Below, piece after piece: positions 34,188 through 44,590 of a stretch of 64,000 bases of DNA; the first letter of the stretch is position 1; each line of letters starts with the position of its first letter. Source of the stretch: an uncultured Gammaproteobacteria bacterium (lineage in GTDB: Bacteria > Pseudomonadota > Gammaproteobacteria > JACCXJ01). Position numbers and translations under genes: made by a program. Below the pieces are notes generated by a model. The model ran no database searches. It saw only the letters and a program-made list of their open reading frames with translations, and was not told where the DNA came from. The stretch spans positions 416,001 to 480,000 of the forward strand of contig CAVXTM010000016.1 of assembly GCA_963764725.1 (NCBI GenBank). The letters are read 5' to 3'.

Positions 34188-36344
34188 ATGCCGGTCGAGA
34201 TCACCGTCGGTCCGCCGGTCTTGAGCATCAACCAGGGCGCCACCTTCATGGTGACGGACCTGGGTGGAGAGATCCAGGCGGACACCGAGCAGGGCGTCTT
34301 CGCCGACGACACGCGTTTCGTCTCGTACTACGCGATCTCCGCGAACGGCGTGCCGTGGCAGCGCCTAAACTCTGCCGCCACGGCGTACTTCGCAGCCCGT
34401 GTCTACCTCACCAACGCCATTGTCGCAACTGAAGACGGCGACGTCCCCGCGGGCACGCTGTCGCTCATCATCAGCCGCACCGTCGGTGATGGCATCCACG
34501 AGGACCTGGATATCGTGAACCACGGGCTCGTGCCCGTCCGCTTCAACCTCGAGGTCGCCCTGCGCTCGGACTTCGCGGACCTGTTCGAGGTGAAGCTCGG
34601 ACGCCTCGTCCGCCGGGGCCGCATCGTGACACGGTGGCACGAGCGGCGGTCGGAGCTCGAGACCTCGTACGCCAATCGAGACTTCCGCCGGAGCCTGGTC
34701 TACCGGCCCCTGAACAATACCTCTCCTCCCGGCTATGCGAATGGCCGGGTCACGTTCGAGGTCGAACTCGGCCCCGGGGCCACGTGGCACACCTGCTGCC
34801 ACTACCTGTTGGTCCGGGATGAAGCGGTGCGCGCGCCCCGACCCGCCTGCTACCACGACCGCGCGGCGACCGACCAGGACCGACTCCATCACCGGTGGCT
34901 CGACGTGGCGACCAAGGTGACGAGCGCCAACGAGGACGTCTACCGCCTCTACCGGCAGTCCGTCGAGGACATGGGCGCGCTGCGTCTGTACGACCAGGAT
35001 CTCGCCCCGGATGTCTGGCTCCCCGCGGCCGGCGTACCGTGGTTCGTCGCGATCTTCGGCCGCGATTCGCTGATCGCGAGCCTGCAGAACATGATCGTCA
35101 ATGCGGGCTTCGCGCGCGGCGCGCTGAAGAAGCTGGCCGAGCTCCAGGCGACGGAGACGGACGACCGTCGCGACGCCGAGCCCGGAAAGATCCCACACGA
35201 GGTGCGCACCGGAGAGCTCGCCCACTTCCACCTGATCCCGCACACGCCCTATTACGGCACCGCCGACGCCACGCCCCTCTATGTGATTGCCCTGCACGAA
35301 ACCTGGAAGTGGCTCGGCGAGCTCGACCTGCTGCGCGAGCACCGGGCGACAGCGCTCCGCTGCCTCGAATGGATCGACCGCTACGGCGATCCCGATGGGG
35401 ACGGCTTCCAGGAGTATCGGACGCGTTCCCCGCAGGGCTACGAGAACATGGGCTGGAAGGACGCGGGCGACGCGGTGGTCTACCCCGACGGCCGTCAGGT
35501 CCACGCGCCGAAGGCCCTCTGCGAGCTCCAGGGCTACGTCTTCGACGCGTGGATGCGCATGGCGGAGATCTTCGAGGCACTCGACGAGCGGGAGCGCGCG
35601 GCCGGGCTGCGCGCCAAGGCGAAGGCGCTCCGGGCGGCCTTCGAGGAGAAGTTCTGGTGCGAGGACCTCGGCTTCTACGCGTTCGCGCTCGATCCCGACA
35701 AGCAGCCTGTTCGGACGATCGCCTCCAACGCCGGCCACTGCCTCGCGAGCGGCATCGCGAGCCCGGACCACGCTGCGCGGGTCGTCAGGCGCTTCTTCGA
35801 GCCCGACATGTGGAGCGGATGGGGCATCCGGACGCTGTCGGCACAGAATCCCGCGTACAATCCCTTCTCCTACCAGCGGGGATCGGTCTGGCCGCACGAC
35901 AACGGCATCATCGCGCTCGGCTTCAAGCGCTATGGCTTCGCCGCCGAGGCGGCCCGGGTGGCGCGGGACATCTCGGAGGCGGCGAGCTACTTCGTGAGCT
36001 ACCGGTTGCCGGAGCTCTACGCGGGTATCGAGCGCCGCCCCGACACGTTCCCCGTCCTCTATCCGCAGGCCAACGTGCCACAGGCCTGGGCCGCCGGGAG
36101 CGTCTTCCACCTACTGCAAGCGATGCTCGGCATCCGGGCGGATGCGCCGAGGGGCCGGCTCTACGTCGATCCCGAGCTTCCGCTTTGGCTCCCGGAGATC
36201 ACGCTCCACGGGTTGGCGGTGGGCCGGGCGCGAGTGGACCTGCGCTTCTGGCGTGACGGCGATCGGAGCCGGTGGACGGCGGAGATACGGGAAGGCACGA
36301 TTTCCGTGCAGGAGGAGGCGTGGCGTCCATGGGGCCTCGACTAG
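34188..36344 (+). CDS. Glycogen debranching enzyme / amylo-alpha-1,6-glucosidase family
   Basis: AAGVPWFVAIFGRDSLI, AEPGKIPHE, YYGTADATPL, GWKDAGD, YQRGSVWPHDN, RLPELYAG, PQAWAAG. Confidence 0.93.
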   Translation: MPVEITVGPPVLSINQGATFMVTDLGGEIQADTEQGVFADDTRFVSYYAISANGVPWQRLNSAATAYFAARVYLTNAIVATEDGDVPAGTLSLIISRTVGDGIHEDLDIVNHGLVPVRFNLEVALRSDFADLFEVKLGRLVRRGRIVTRWHERRSELETSYANRDFRRSLVYRPLNNTSPPGYANGRVTFEVELGPGATWHTCCHYLLVRDEAVRAPRPACYHDRAATDQDRLHHRWLDVATKVTSANEDVYRLYRQSVEDMGALRLYDQDLAPDVWLPAAGVPWFVAIFGRDSLIASLQNMIVNAGFARGALKKLAELQATETDDRRDAEPGKIPHEVRTGELAHFHLIPHTPYYGTADATPLYVIALHETWKWLGELDLLREHRATALRCLEWIDRYGDPDGDGFQEYRTRSPQGYENMGWKDAGDAVVYPDGRQVHAPKALCELQGYVFDAWMRMAEIFEALDERERAAGLRAKAKALRAAFEEKFWCEDLGFYAFALDPDKQPVRTIASNAGHCLASGIASPDHAARVVRRFFEPDMWSGWGIRTLSAQNPAYNPFSYQRGSVWPHDNGIIALGFKRYGFAAEAARVARDISEAASYFVSYRLPELYAGIERRPDTFPVLYPQANVPQAWAAGSVFHLLQAMLGIRADAPRGRLYVDPELPLWLPEITLHGLAVGRARVDLRFWRDGDRSRWTAEIREGTISVQEEAWRPWGLD

Positions 36345-36461
36345 GCGCGAGGACTGGCTCATGAGCCAGATGCCATCCGATCTCTTCCGGCCGATCCACG
36401 AGAGAGCGGGCTGACAATGGCGACCCGCATCCCGACGCCACTCGCACAAGGTTTCTTCGTC

Positions 36462-36509
36462 CAAACTGACGCGCTCATCCGGCGGTTCCGGAGGCTCGCG
36501 GCACGATGA
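36462..36509 (+). pseudogene. Probable Pgi C-terminal remnant overlapping the glk start
   Basis: [14 protein letters not shown] resembles the Pgi tail (compare [12 protein letters not shown] at 26.6 kb); the stop overlaps the glk ATG (ATGA). Confidence 0.45.
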
Positions 36510-37504
36510 AAGCGACGCGGCCGGCCCTGCTGCTCGCGGGGGACGTCGGCGGAACGAAGACGAACCTGGCGCTCTTCACGGCCGCAGGCGAAGTGCTCAC
36601 GCACGTCGCCGAGGCGCATTTCGTCAACCACGGCTATGGGGGCCTGGAGGATGTCGTCCGGGCCTTTCTCGCACGCGAGGCGTACGTCCCGACGGCGGCC
36701 TGCTTCGGCGTGGCCGGGCCGGTCGCCGACGGCCGCGCCCGGATGCCCAACCTCGGCTGGCGGATCGACGCCTTCGGCCTCGGGCGGCTACTCGCGCTCG
36801 AGCGGGTGGTGCTCCTGAACGATCTCGAGGCGACGGCGTACGGCATCGCGACGCTTCCTCCTGAGCGGCTCGTGGTCCTTAACCCCGGCGTCTCGACCGC
36901 CGGCGGCAACGCCGCGCTCATCGCGGCCGGCACCGGTCTCGGCGAAGCGGTGCTCTACTGGGACGGGACACGTCACCGCATCTGCAGATCGGAGGGCGGC
37001 CACGCCGACTTCGCGCCCCACAACGCTGAGGAGATGCAGATCCTCGCGCGGCTGATGGAGCGCTTTGGCCACGTGAGCTGGGAGCGCCTCGTCTCTGGCC
37101 CCGGGCTCCGTAACATATACGGCGCGCTCGAGATGCCCGAGGCGCCCGACGTCACCGCTAGCATCGAGGCAGCCGAGGACGCGAGCGCGACGATCACAGA
37201 GCTGGGGCTCGCACGAACGTCCGCGCGCTGCACCCGTGCGCTCGACGTATTCGTCTCGGCCTACGGCGCCGAGGCGGGCAACCTCGCTCTCAAGGCCCTC
37301 GCCACCGACGGAGTGTACGTGGGGGGAGGCATCGCGCCGAAGATCCTTCCGAAGCTCGAGGACGGCGCGTTCCTGCGCGCGTTTACGGCCAAGGGGCGTT
37401 TCGCCGAGTGGCTCGCGCGCATCCCCGTGAAGGTCATCCTCGATCCGAAGACGGCGCTCCGAGGCGCCGCCGCTTACCTCGCCGGCATGGAAGTTCGCTC
37501 ATGA
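36506..37504 (+). CDS. glk: Glucokinase
   Basis: [49 protein letters not shown]. Confidence 0.95.
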   Translation: MKATRPALLLAGDVGGTKTNLALFTAAGEVLTHVAEAHFVNHGYGGLEDVVRAFLAREAYVPTAACFGVAGPVADGRARMPNLGWRIDAFGLGRLLALERVVLLNDLEATAYGIATLPPERLVVLNPGVSTAGGNAALIAAGTGLGEAVLYWDGTRHRICRSEGGHADFAPHNAEEMQILARLMERFGHVSWERLVSGPGLRNIYGALEMPEAPDVTASIEAAEDASATITELGLARTSARCTRALDVFVSAYGAEAGNLALKALATDGVYVGGGIAPKILPKLEDGAFLRAFTAKGRFAEWLARIPVKVILDPKTALRGAAAYLAGMEVRS

Positions 37505-37525
37505 CCGGGGATCTCGACCTTTGAC

Positions 37526-39372
37526 ATGGATCCGCGATACCAACCGATCGAGAATTACGGCGTCATCGGCAACCTGCGCACGGCCGCGCTGGTCGGCATG
37601 GACGGCTCGATCGACTGGCTCTGCCTGCCGCACTTCGATTCGCCCAGCGTCTTCGCCGCCATCCTGGACGACCGACAAGGGCGGCCGCTTCCGCATCGCC
37701 CCGGCCGGCGACCGACTTCCGCCACAAGCAGTTCTACTGGCCGGACACCAACATCCTCATCACGCGCTTCCTGCACGCCGACGGCATCGGCGAGATCGAG
37801 GATTACATGCCGGTCGGCGGCGCCGGCGCCGTGCCGGACGAGCTGATCCGCCGAGTCCGCGTCGTCCGCGGCCGGTTGCCGTTTCGATCTGGAGTGCCGC
37901 CCGGCCTTCGACTACGCCCGCGCCGCCCACCAAATCCACATCGACGGCGCACGGCGCCCGCTTCGACGGGCCGGGCCTGAGCCTCGGCCTGGCCGCCCCG
38001 GTCCCGCTGCGGCCCGACGGCGACGGCGTGGTCGCCGACTTCACGCTCGGCGAAGGCGAGAAGGCCACGTTCGTCCTGCGCCGCCTCGGCCCCGACGACC
38101 AGCCCGGCCGCTGCCCCGGCGTCGGACGAGGCGGAGGAGCTGTTCCGCGACACCGTCGCCTACTGGCGGCGCTGGCTCTCGCAGTGCACTTACCCCGGCC
38201 GCTGGCGCGAGATGGTCCACCGCTCCGCCCTGACGCTGAAGCTCCTGTCCTTCGAGCCGACCGGGGCGATCGTCGCGGCCCCGACCTGCAGCCTGCCCGA
38301 GGCGATCGGCGGCGTGCGCAACTGGGACTACCGCTACACCTGGATCCGCGACGCCGCGTTCACGCTGTACGGCCTGCTGCGCATCGGCTTCACCGAGGAG
38401 GCGGCCCGCTTCCGGGACTGGCTGAAGGACCGCTGGCAAGACGCCGACGGCAATGGGACCGGCCCCTTGCAGCTCATGTACGGCATCGACGGCCGGGCCG
38501 ACCTCACCGAGGAGACGCTCGACCACCTGGAGGGCTACCGCGGCTCGCGGCCGGTGCGGATCGGCAACGGCGCGCACCGGCAGCTGCAGCTGGACATCTA
38601 CGGCGAGCTGATGGACGCGGTCTACCTGCACAACAAGTACGTCGCGCCCGTCGGCTACGACGGCTGGGTGCGCCTGCGGCGGCTGGTGGACTGGCTGTGC
38701 GACAACTGGAAGCGGGAGGACGAGGGCATCTGGGAAGTGCGCGGCGGCCGGCGGCACTTCGTCTACTCGAAGCTCATGTGCTGGGTGGCCCTGGACCGCA
38801 GCCTGCGGCTGGCCGACAAGCGCTCCTTCCCGGCGGACCGGGCGCGCTGGCTGAAGGTCCGCGACGAGATCTACGAGGAGGTCATGGCCAAGGGCTGGAA
38901 CCCGCGCCGCCAGGCGTTCGTGCAGGCCTACGGCTCCGACGCCCTGGACGCCTCGAGCCTGCTGATGCCGCTGGTGTTCTTCATGGCCCCGAACGACCCG
39001 CGCATGCTCAGCACGGTGGACGCGATCCGCCGGCCCCTGGCCGCGGGCGGCCTGGCCGCCGACGGTCTGGTCTACCGCTACGATCCCGCCGCCGCCCCGG
39101 ACGGACTGCCGGGCCGCGAGGGGACCTTCAACATGTGCTCCTTCTGGCTGGTCGAGGCGCTGACCCGCGCCGGCCGCACCGACCCGGCCCGGCTGGAAGA
39201 GGCCCGGCTGCTCTTCGAGCAGATGCTCGGCTACGCCAACCACCTCGGCCTGTACGCCGAGCAGACCGGCGACAGCGGCGAGGCCCTGGGCAACTTCCCG
39301 CAGGCGTTCACCCACCTGGCCCTGATCAGCGCCGCCTTCAACCTCGACCGGACGCTTGGGGCCGGGCGGTAG
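37526..39372 (+). CDS. GH15 glycoside hydrolase (trehalase/glucoamylase-like); frameshifts in the 5' third
   Basis: [62 protein letters not shown]. Confidence 0.93.
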
Positions 39373-39398
39373 TGCCGTCAACTACAGTAGCAGAACAA

Positions 39399-41072
39399 AT
39401 GCAATCATCCATTGGGACTCAATCAGGTAGGGACGTAGCCGAGGTCACACTAACCGGCTTGCGCATTGCCCCGGGTTTGGGGATGGGTAGCGCCTGGGTT
39501 GTGGGTGACAGGCTTGAATGTCTCGGGGACGCTCACCGTATCGAACCCCATGAAGTCGAGCGGGAGTTGAGCCGGATACGGTTGGCGTTCGACCAGACGC
39601 GTGCGGAACTCCAAGAAGCTGCACGTCGCGTCGAAGAGCAGTTCAATTCGCATCTCGCCGACATTTTCCGCGCTCATGAAATGATGCTCGACAGCCTCCT
39701 CTCATCCACCGAGTTCGTACAGGAGCTACAAGGATCGCTGGTGAATGCAGAGGCAGTGGTGAGGCGCATCTTTCGCCGGTGGCAGGAGAAGTTTCACTCT
39801 CTGACAGGCGAAACGTTCCAGCAGCGAGCCGACGACCTTGCCGACCTCGGACGCAAAGTCCTGCGCCACCTTGAAGGTGAAGACGCCGACCGAGTGAAGA
39901 ACCTCCCTGCGGGCAGCGTACTCGTGCTCCAGCACCTTCTGCCTTCCGATGTCGTATCGTTGTCGCGGCGCGCCGTCGCGGCCATCGTCGTGGAGTCGCT
40001 CGGGCAAGGCTCGCATGCGGCACTGCTCGCCCGCGAGAAAAGCCTTCCCACGGTCGCTGACTTTCCGGGTATTCTGGAGCGCATTGGTGACGGCGACGAA
40101 GTGTTGGTGGATGCCTATCGCGGCGAACTTGTCCTCGCGCCGGATGGGAAAACGCGCGCCGAGTTTCACGAACGGCTGACGCAATACCAAGCGACGCTGG
40201 CCCGGTGCAAAGGCGCTTGCCGCCAACCGGCGCGTACGCTCGATGGCGAGCTAGTGAAGGTCGAAGCGAATCTCGGTGCATACGACGATGTCGAGCTAGC
40301 GCTGGACAACGGTGCCGATGGCGTGGGCCTGTTCCGCCTCGAACAACTCTACCTCGCTCGCGAGCTCCCGCCGACGGAAGCGGAACTGCTCGACGAACTG
40401 CGTGCCATCACGTCTCCGCTGCGGGACAAGCCGCTTACCATCCGGCTCCTCGACATCGGCGGCGACAAGCCCGTTCCGTTTCTGCACCTCCCGGCAGAGG
40501 CCAATCCGCTCCTTGGTAAACGCGGCGTTCGCCTGCTGCTGGAGTACCCCCAACTTGCGCAGACTCAGCTCGCCGCCTTGTTGCGCCTGTCACACGAACG
40601 GCAAATCCGCGTGCTCGTGCCGATGGTCACACTGGAGGAAGACATTCAAGCGATGCGAGAGTTGTTCGAGGTAAAGTGCACCGAGCTCGGCGTGTGGCAG
40701 CATCCTGCGTTTGGCGCCATGATTGAAACACCGGCCGCAGCCCTCAGCGTGCCTGCGATTGCCAAGCATGTCGATTTCCTCTGCGTCGGCACCAACGATC
40801 TCACACAATACACGCTCGCTGCCGGTCGGGACAACCCGACCGTGAACCGTTACTTTCTGGACAATCACTCCTCTCTTCTTCGGCTGCTTGACATCATTGT
40901 CGCGGACGCCGGAGAGACGCCGCTGACGCTTTGCGGGGAGCTGGCGGGGCGAGAGGAAATGATGCCGCAGTTGCTGGCGATGGAATTCCGTTCGTTCAGT
41001 ATTGCTCCACCTTTAATTCCGGGTGTGAAGGAGCTGATCAGAAGCCTACGCATCGCTCCTGCAGGGGGGTGA
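39399..41072 (+). CDS. PEP-protein phosphotransferase (PTS Enzyme I-like), stand-alone
   Basis: [10 protein letters not shown] (phospho-His), [37 protein letters not shown] (catalytic Cys). Confidence 0.92.
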   Translation: MQSSIGTQSGRDVAEVTLTGLRIAPGLGMGSAWVVGDRLECLGDAHRIEPHEVERELSRIRLAFDQTRAELQEAARRVEEQFNSHLADIFRAHEMMLDSLLSSTEFVQELQGSLVNAEAVVRRIFRRWQEKFHSLTGETFQQRADDLADLGRKVLRHLEGEDADRVKNLPAGSVLVLQHLLPSDVVSLSRRAVAAIVVESLGQGSHAALLAREKSLPTVADFPGILERIGDGDEVLVDAYRGELVLAPDGKTRAEFHERLTQYQATLARCKGACRQPARTLDGELVKVEANLGAYDDVELALDNGADGVGLFRLEQLYLARELPPTEAELLDELRAITSPLRDKPLTIRLLDIGGDKPVPFLHLPAEANPLLGKRGVRLLLEYPQLAQTQLAALLRLSHERQIRVLVPMVTLEEDIQAMRELFEVKCTELGVWQHPAFGAMIETPAAALSVPAIAKHVDFLCVGTNDLTQYTLAAGRDNPTVNRYFLDNHSSLLRLLDIIVADAGETPLTLCGELAGREEMMPQLLAMEFRSFSIAPPLIPGVKELIRSLRIAPAGG

Positions 41073-41104
41073 ACCGTGCTCAATGGAGCGAATGCATGCC
41101 CAGG

Positions 41105-41188
41105 CCGAGGACTCGCATGTTTGACAACTCACGAGCCCAGCAGTACTGTGCCTCTCGGTAAGAAAGGGCGTTTAAAATCCTTATTCCC
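41105..41188 (+). repeat. IS91/ISCR oriIS-like end with outward sigma70-like promoter facing GH38
   Basis: GAGGACTCGCATGTTTGACAACTCACGAGCCCAGCAGTACTGTGCCTCTCGGTAAGAAAGGGCGTTTAAAATCCTTATTCC; TTGACA 41121-41126, 17 nt spacer, TACTGT 41144-41149. Confidence 0.75.
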
Positions 41189-41348
41189 CAGCGCCGATCA
41201 TTCGTGGCGCTAGCAACGAGACGCCGACGGCTGGACGGTCGCGTTCTCTACAGTGAGCCAGGGGTGAAATTCCGGCGTGGCTAGCGCGCGGCGGACAACA
41301 CAAGAGCGTCGTCACGTGGATGAAACGGATTTTGGAGCGGGCTAAACG

Positions 41349-43778
41349 ATGAACGCACCGGAACAAACGGACACCGAGGCGACGCTGCGAGCGCGCCTGT
41401 CGATCCCGCGCGCGGCCACACAGGTCCTCGTCTTCGGCGAGAGCAGCCACTGGGACACAAACTGGCTGCGCACCTCTGAAGAGTACTTTCGCGATCACAT
41501 CGAGGGCATCTTCGGGGCGATCTTCGCGGCGCTCGATCGTGATCGGCGGCGGGTCTTCGCGATCGAAAGCGTCTTCTTCTTGAAGATGTATTGGGAGCGG
41601 CGGCCACAGCGACGCGACCTGCTCCGGACGCTGCTGAACAACCGCCGGTTGCGTTTGCTCAGCGCGTCGATGACCACGCCCGATACCCTGCTGCCGCCCA
41701 CCGAGACGCTCTTGCGCGACTTCCTTTCAGGCCAAGAGTGGCTGCGCGCAAACGGCATCGAGCTGATGCCTTCGCTGTCGTACTTTCCGGACAACTTCGG
41801 TCATTCACCCGCGTTGCCGTCGCTCATGCGCTCGCTCGGCATCAGCAACATCGGCATCACTCGCATCGATGGCATGTACTTCGTCGCCTCGGATTATCGT
41901 TCGAAGTCGCAGTTTCCGCTCAAAGGCTCGACCGCCGAGCAGCTGCAGCGTACGCATCGAACGCTCGACTTCGTTTGGCGCAACGACGACGGCGCCGAGG
42001 TGCTCTGCCACTGGAACGCGTTCACGTACTTTCAGGGCGACATGCTGGCGACCGCCGGGATCATTCGCTGGATGGGCAAGACGTTTGGCGTCTCGTGGCG
42101 TTCACGTCGTCATGTGACCGGGCGGATCAATCGCTACGTGTGCGATCTCTCTGCACTGACGCTAACGCCCTACATGTTTTGTCCGATAGGCTGCGACTTC
42201 AACGAACCGATCGTCGATCTTGGCACGCTCATCGATCGCTACAACGCCGAGGAGTATCCAGAGACCGGGGTCTACGCGACGCTGGCCGGCCTGGATGATT
42301 ACTTCGCGCTCGTCGACTGCCATCGCGAAAAGTTGCCCGTGCTCGCAGCCGATCCGAACCCGTACTGGATGGGCTTCTATTCGAGTCGACCCGAGGTAAA
42401 GCAACGGCCGACGCGCATTAGCCGCACGCTGGTGCTCGCCGAGAAGCTGTCCGCCGCGGCGCCGGCGAACGCCGAATTTCGCGCGCACTCCGACAAGGCG
42501 TGGAACCTGCTGCTGCTGAGCAACCATCACGATTACATCACCGGCACGTCGCCGGATCGGGTTTGGCGTGGCGAGCAACGCGGTTGGCTCGACGACGCCG
42601 AAACAGCGGCAGCGGCGGCCTGGAAGTGCGTGGCACCGGCGTTGGCCGCGCGCCGCCCGCGCGCGATCGAGCCGGTGCACCATCGGATGGACAGAGGCGA
42701 GCTCGAGGTGACCACGAAGTCCTACCGCTTCCGGTTGTCGCCCAACCGCGGCGGCTGCTTCACGGGCCTCGTTGACGCCGACGGAAAAGAGAGCCTCGAA
42801 GGCGTGGGCAACGATCTCATCGTCTATCGCGACACTGGCGGCTTGTGGCGCCTCGGGCACGAGTACGCCGGTGGCTCGTTCAAGGCCATCGCGCGCGCGA
42901 GCGAGACGCGGGCGGAGATCGCGATGCACGAGCATGAAGGCGAGATGAGCATCGTCATCACATCCGAGCTGCACGGTCGCACCTTCACGCGGACGGTGTG
43001 GTGCCGATCCGATTCGCCGTTTCTGCGCATGCGCGTCGCTGGTGAGGCGAAGCCGCGGTGGACCGTGACTGCGTGCTTCGAAACTCGGCTGCGCGCGAGT
43101 CGACTCAACATGGATGGTCCCGGCGGTCGCACGGATCGGCCGGCGCAAAAGCTCTATGATCCGACGTTTTGGCCGGTGGCATCACACTGCCAGGTCCACG
43201 ACGAGCGTATGCAGCGCAACGGCCACTTTCTCTTCGATACGCCGGCGGCCATGGCCTTCGGCAAGCTCGGACAAGCCGAGTGGATCGTGGCGCGCAATGC
43301 TCACAAAGAGCAGGCGTTCGGATTTTTGCCCCTGCTCGCGCATCCCATCGGCGGTACCACGCATGAAGCGCAGATCTTCGACTACGCCGTTGGGTTTGGC
43401 AGCGTGGCGGACGAGCTTGCTATGACGACCTCACGGCAAGCCTTCGTCGCCGAGTGGCTGCCCGCGGCCGAGCGTGACGCTTGGCATACCGCCCACGCGT
43501 TCATTCGTTGCGATGATCCGCAAGTCACGGTGAGCGCGGTGAAGCATGCGCAGAACGGCGCCGGCTTGATCGTGCGGCTGTCGCGCCCGCACGCAAAGAC
43601 CGGCGAGGGGACGGAGACGGTGCTGTCGTGCGTAGGCAAGATCGTTCGCGACGCGTGGCTCTCGGACGCCCGCGAGACCGATTCTGTGCCGCTCGAGGTG
43701 AGCGCAACCGGCACCGTCCGCGTGCCCATGCGGCACGGCCTGTCCACGGTTCGATTGCGATTGGATGATGAGGCATGA
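41349..43778 (+). CDS. GH38 alpha-mannosidase-like glycoside hydrolase
   Basis: SHWDTNWL (HxDxxW Zn motif), PDNFGHS (nucleophile Asp), NHHDYITGTS, C-terminal SAVKHA...GLIVRL. Confidence 0.85.
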   Translation: MNAPEQTDTEATLRARLSIPRAATQVLVFGESSHWDTNWLRTSEEYFRDHIEGIFGAIFAALDRDRRRVFAIESVFFLKMYWERRPQRRDLLRTLLNNRRLRLLSASMTTPDTLLPPTETLLRDFLSGQEWLRANGIELMPSLSYFPDNFGHSPALPSLMRSLGISNIGITRIDGMYFVASDYRSKSQFPLKGSTAEQLQRTHRTLDFVWRNDDGAEVLCHWNAFTYFQGDMLATAGIIRWMGKTFGVSWRSRRHVTGRINRYVCDLSALTLTPYMFCPIGCDFNEPIVDLGTLIDRYNAEEYPETGVYATLAGLDDYFALVDCHREKLPVLAADPNPYWMGFYSSRPEVKQRPTRISRTLVLAEKLSAAAPANAEFRAHSDKAWNLLLLSNHHDYITGTSPDRVWRGEQRGWLDDAETAAAAAWKCVAPALAARRPRAIEPVHHRMDRGELEVTTKSYRFRLSPNRGGCFTGLVDADGKESLEGVGNDLIVYRDTGGLWRLGHEYAGGSFKAIARASETRAEIAMHEHEGEMSIVITSELHGRTFTRTVWCRSDSPFLRMRVAGEAKPRWTVTACFETRLRASRLNMDGPGGRTDRPAQKLYDPTFWPVASHCQVHDERMQRNGHFLFDTPAAMAFGKLGQAEWIVARNAHKEQAFGFLPLLAHPIGGTTHEAQIFDYAVGFGSVADELAMTTSRQAFVAEWLPAAERDAWHTAHAFIRCDDPQVTVSAVKHAQNGAGLIVRLSRPHAKTGEGTETVLSCVGKIVRDAWLSDARETDSVPLEVSATGTVRVPMRHGLSTVRLRLDDEA

Positions 43779-43802
43779 ACGGCGCCGCTTGCTGCGCCAG
43801 CC
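43582..43802 (+). repeat. Direct repeat copy 1 (about 220 bp, 3' end of GH38)
   Basis: Near-identical to 44605-44822, with a few substitutions and a 3-nt indel. Confidence 0.95.
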
Positions 43803-43949
43803 GCGCAGCGGGCGTGAGCGGCAAGGACCTGGCCGAGTAAGTTGTCCCGAGCCATTGCCGGTCATGGTGATGGACAGCCGGAACGATGCGGTGTTTCCGG
43901 GCTACAGGGCCGAGGCCGCGCGCTGGGAAGTGCGACCGCAGGAATGCGG

Positions 43950-44507
43950 CTATGATCGCGGCCCGCGCGCGATCGCCTGCTTCGTCGAGAGGCCTTTGAA
44001 GAACTCATCGAGGCTCAAGGCCTCATTCGGGGTGGCGAGGCCATTGATCACCACGATCGTCCGATCGCGGACGGCGATCAATGCTCGACCGCTCCGCAGC
44101 GGACGCCCGTTCCCCGCGGGGACTCGGTAGAAGATCTGTCGCTCGAAAGGTCCGCGCTCCACGTCGTCGATCCGGCCCAGCTCCCCACCGAGCTCCTCCA
44201 TCATCTTGTTGACTGCCTTCTCGTACAGGCCGTCCGTGCTCGTGAACCAGGTCGCCAACCGAGGGAGGTGCGTGCGGCTGACGGAGAGCCGGGTCAATCC
44301 TTGCGACGCGGTCCAGACGTCGGTGTTGACGCTACCGATGATCGTACGAGTGGAGCGCCGCGATTGAGTGATCTCGGCCGGCATCTTGATGCTGAAGGTC
44401 TGTCCCAGCGGCTGAAACTTGCGCCAGTCAGCGCCGGCCTCCGTCAGCTTCGGCGCGATGACGAAGAGAAATGCGATGCCGACGATCTTCAACGCTCGAC
44501 CGTTCAT
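43950..44507 (-). CDS. Hypothetical exported protein
   Basis: MNGRALKIVGIAFLFVIAPKLTEAGA signal-like N-terminus, then FSIKMP; lies between the two repeat copies. Confidence 0.65.
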   Translation of the reverse strand: MNGRALKIVGIAFLFVIAPKLTEAGADWRKFQPLGQTFSIKMPAEITQSRRSTRTIIGSVNTDVWTASQGLTRLSVSRTHLPRLATWFTSTDGLYEKAVNKMMEELGGELGRIDDVERGPFERQIFYRVPAGNGRPLRSGRALIAVRDRTIVVINGLATPNEALSLDEFFKGLSTKQAIARGPRS

Positions 44508-44590
44508 GTCTTGATACAGGGCATTTCGCGTGCCAGACATTCGTACCTTTTCGTCGCGGTCTGTTCCCGAATGAAGGCGTCGCTTCGCGG

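Noticed and set aside
37521-41072. 1183-aa ORF suggesting a large fusion to Enzyme I
   Set aside because: The first ~625 aa are an off-frame reading of GH15 in GC-rich DNA; the real EI starts at about 39399.
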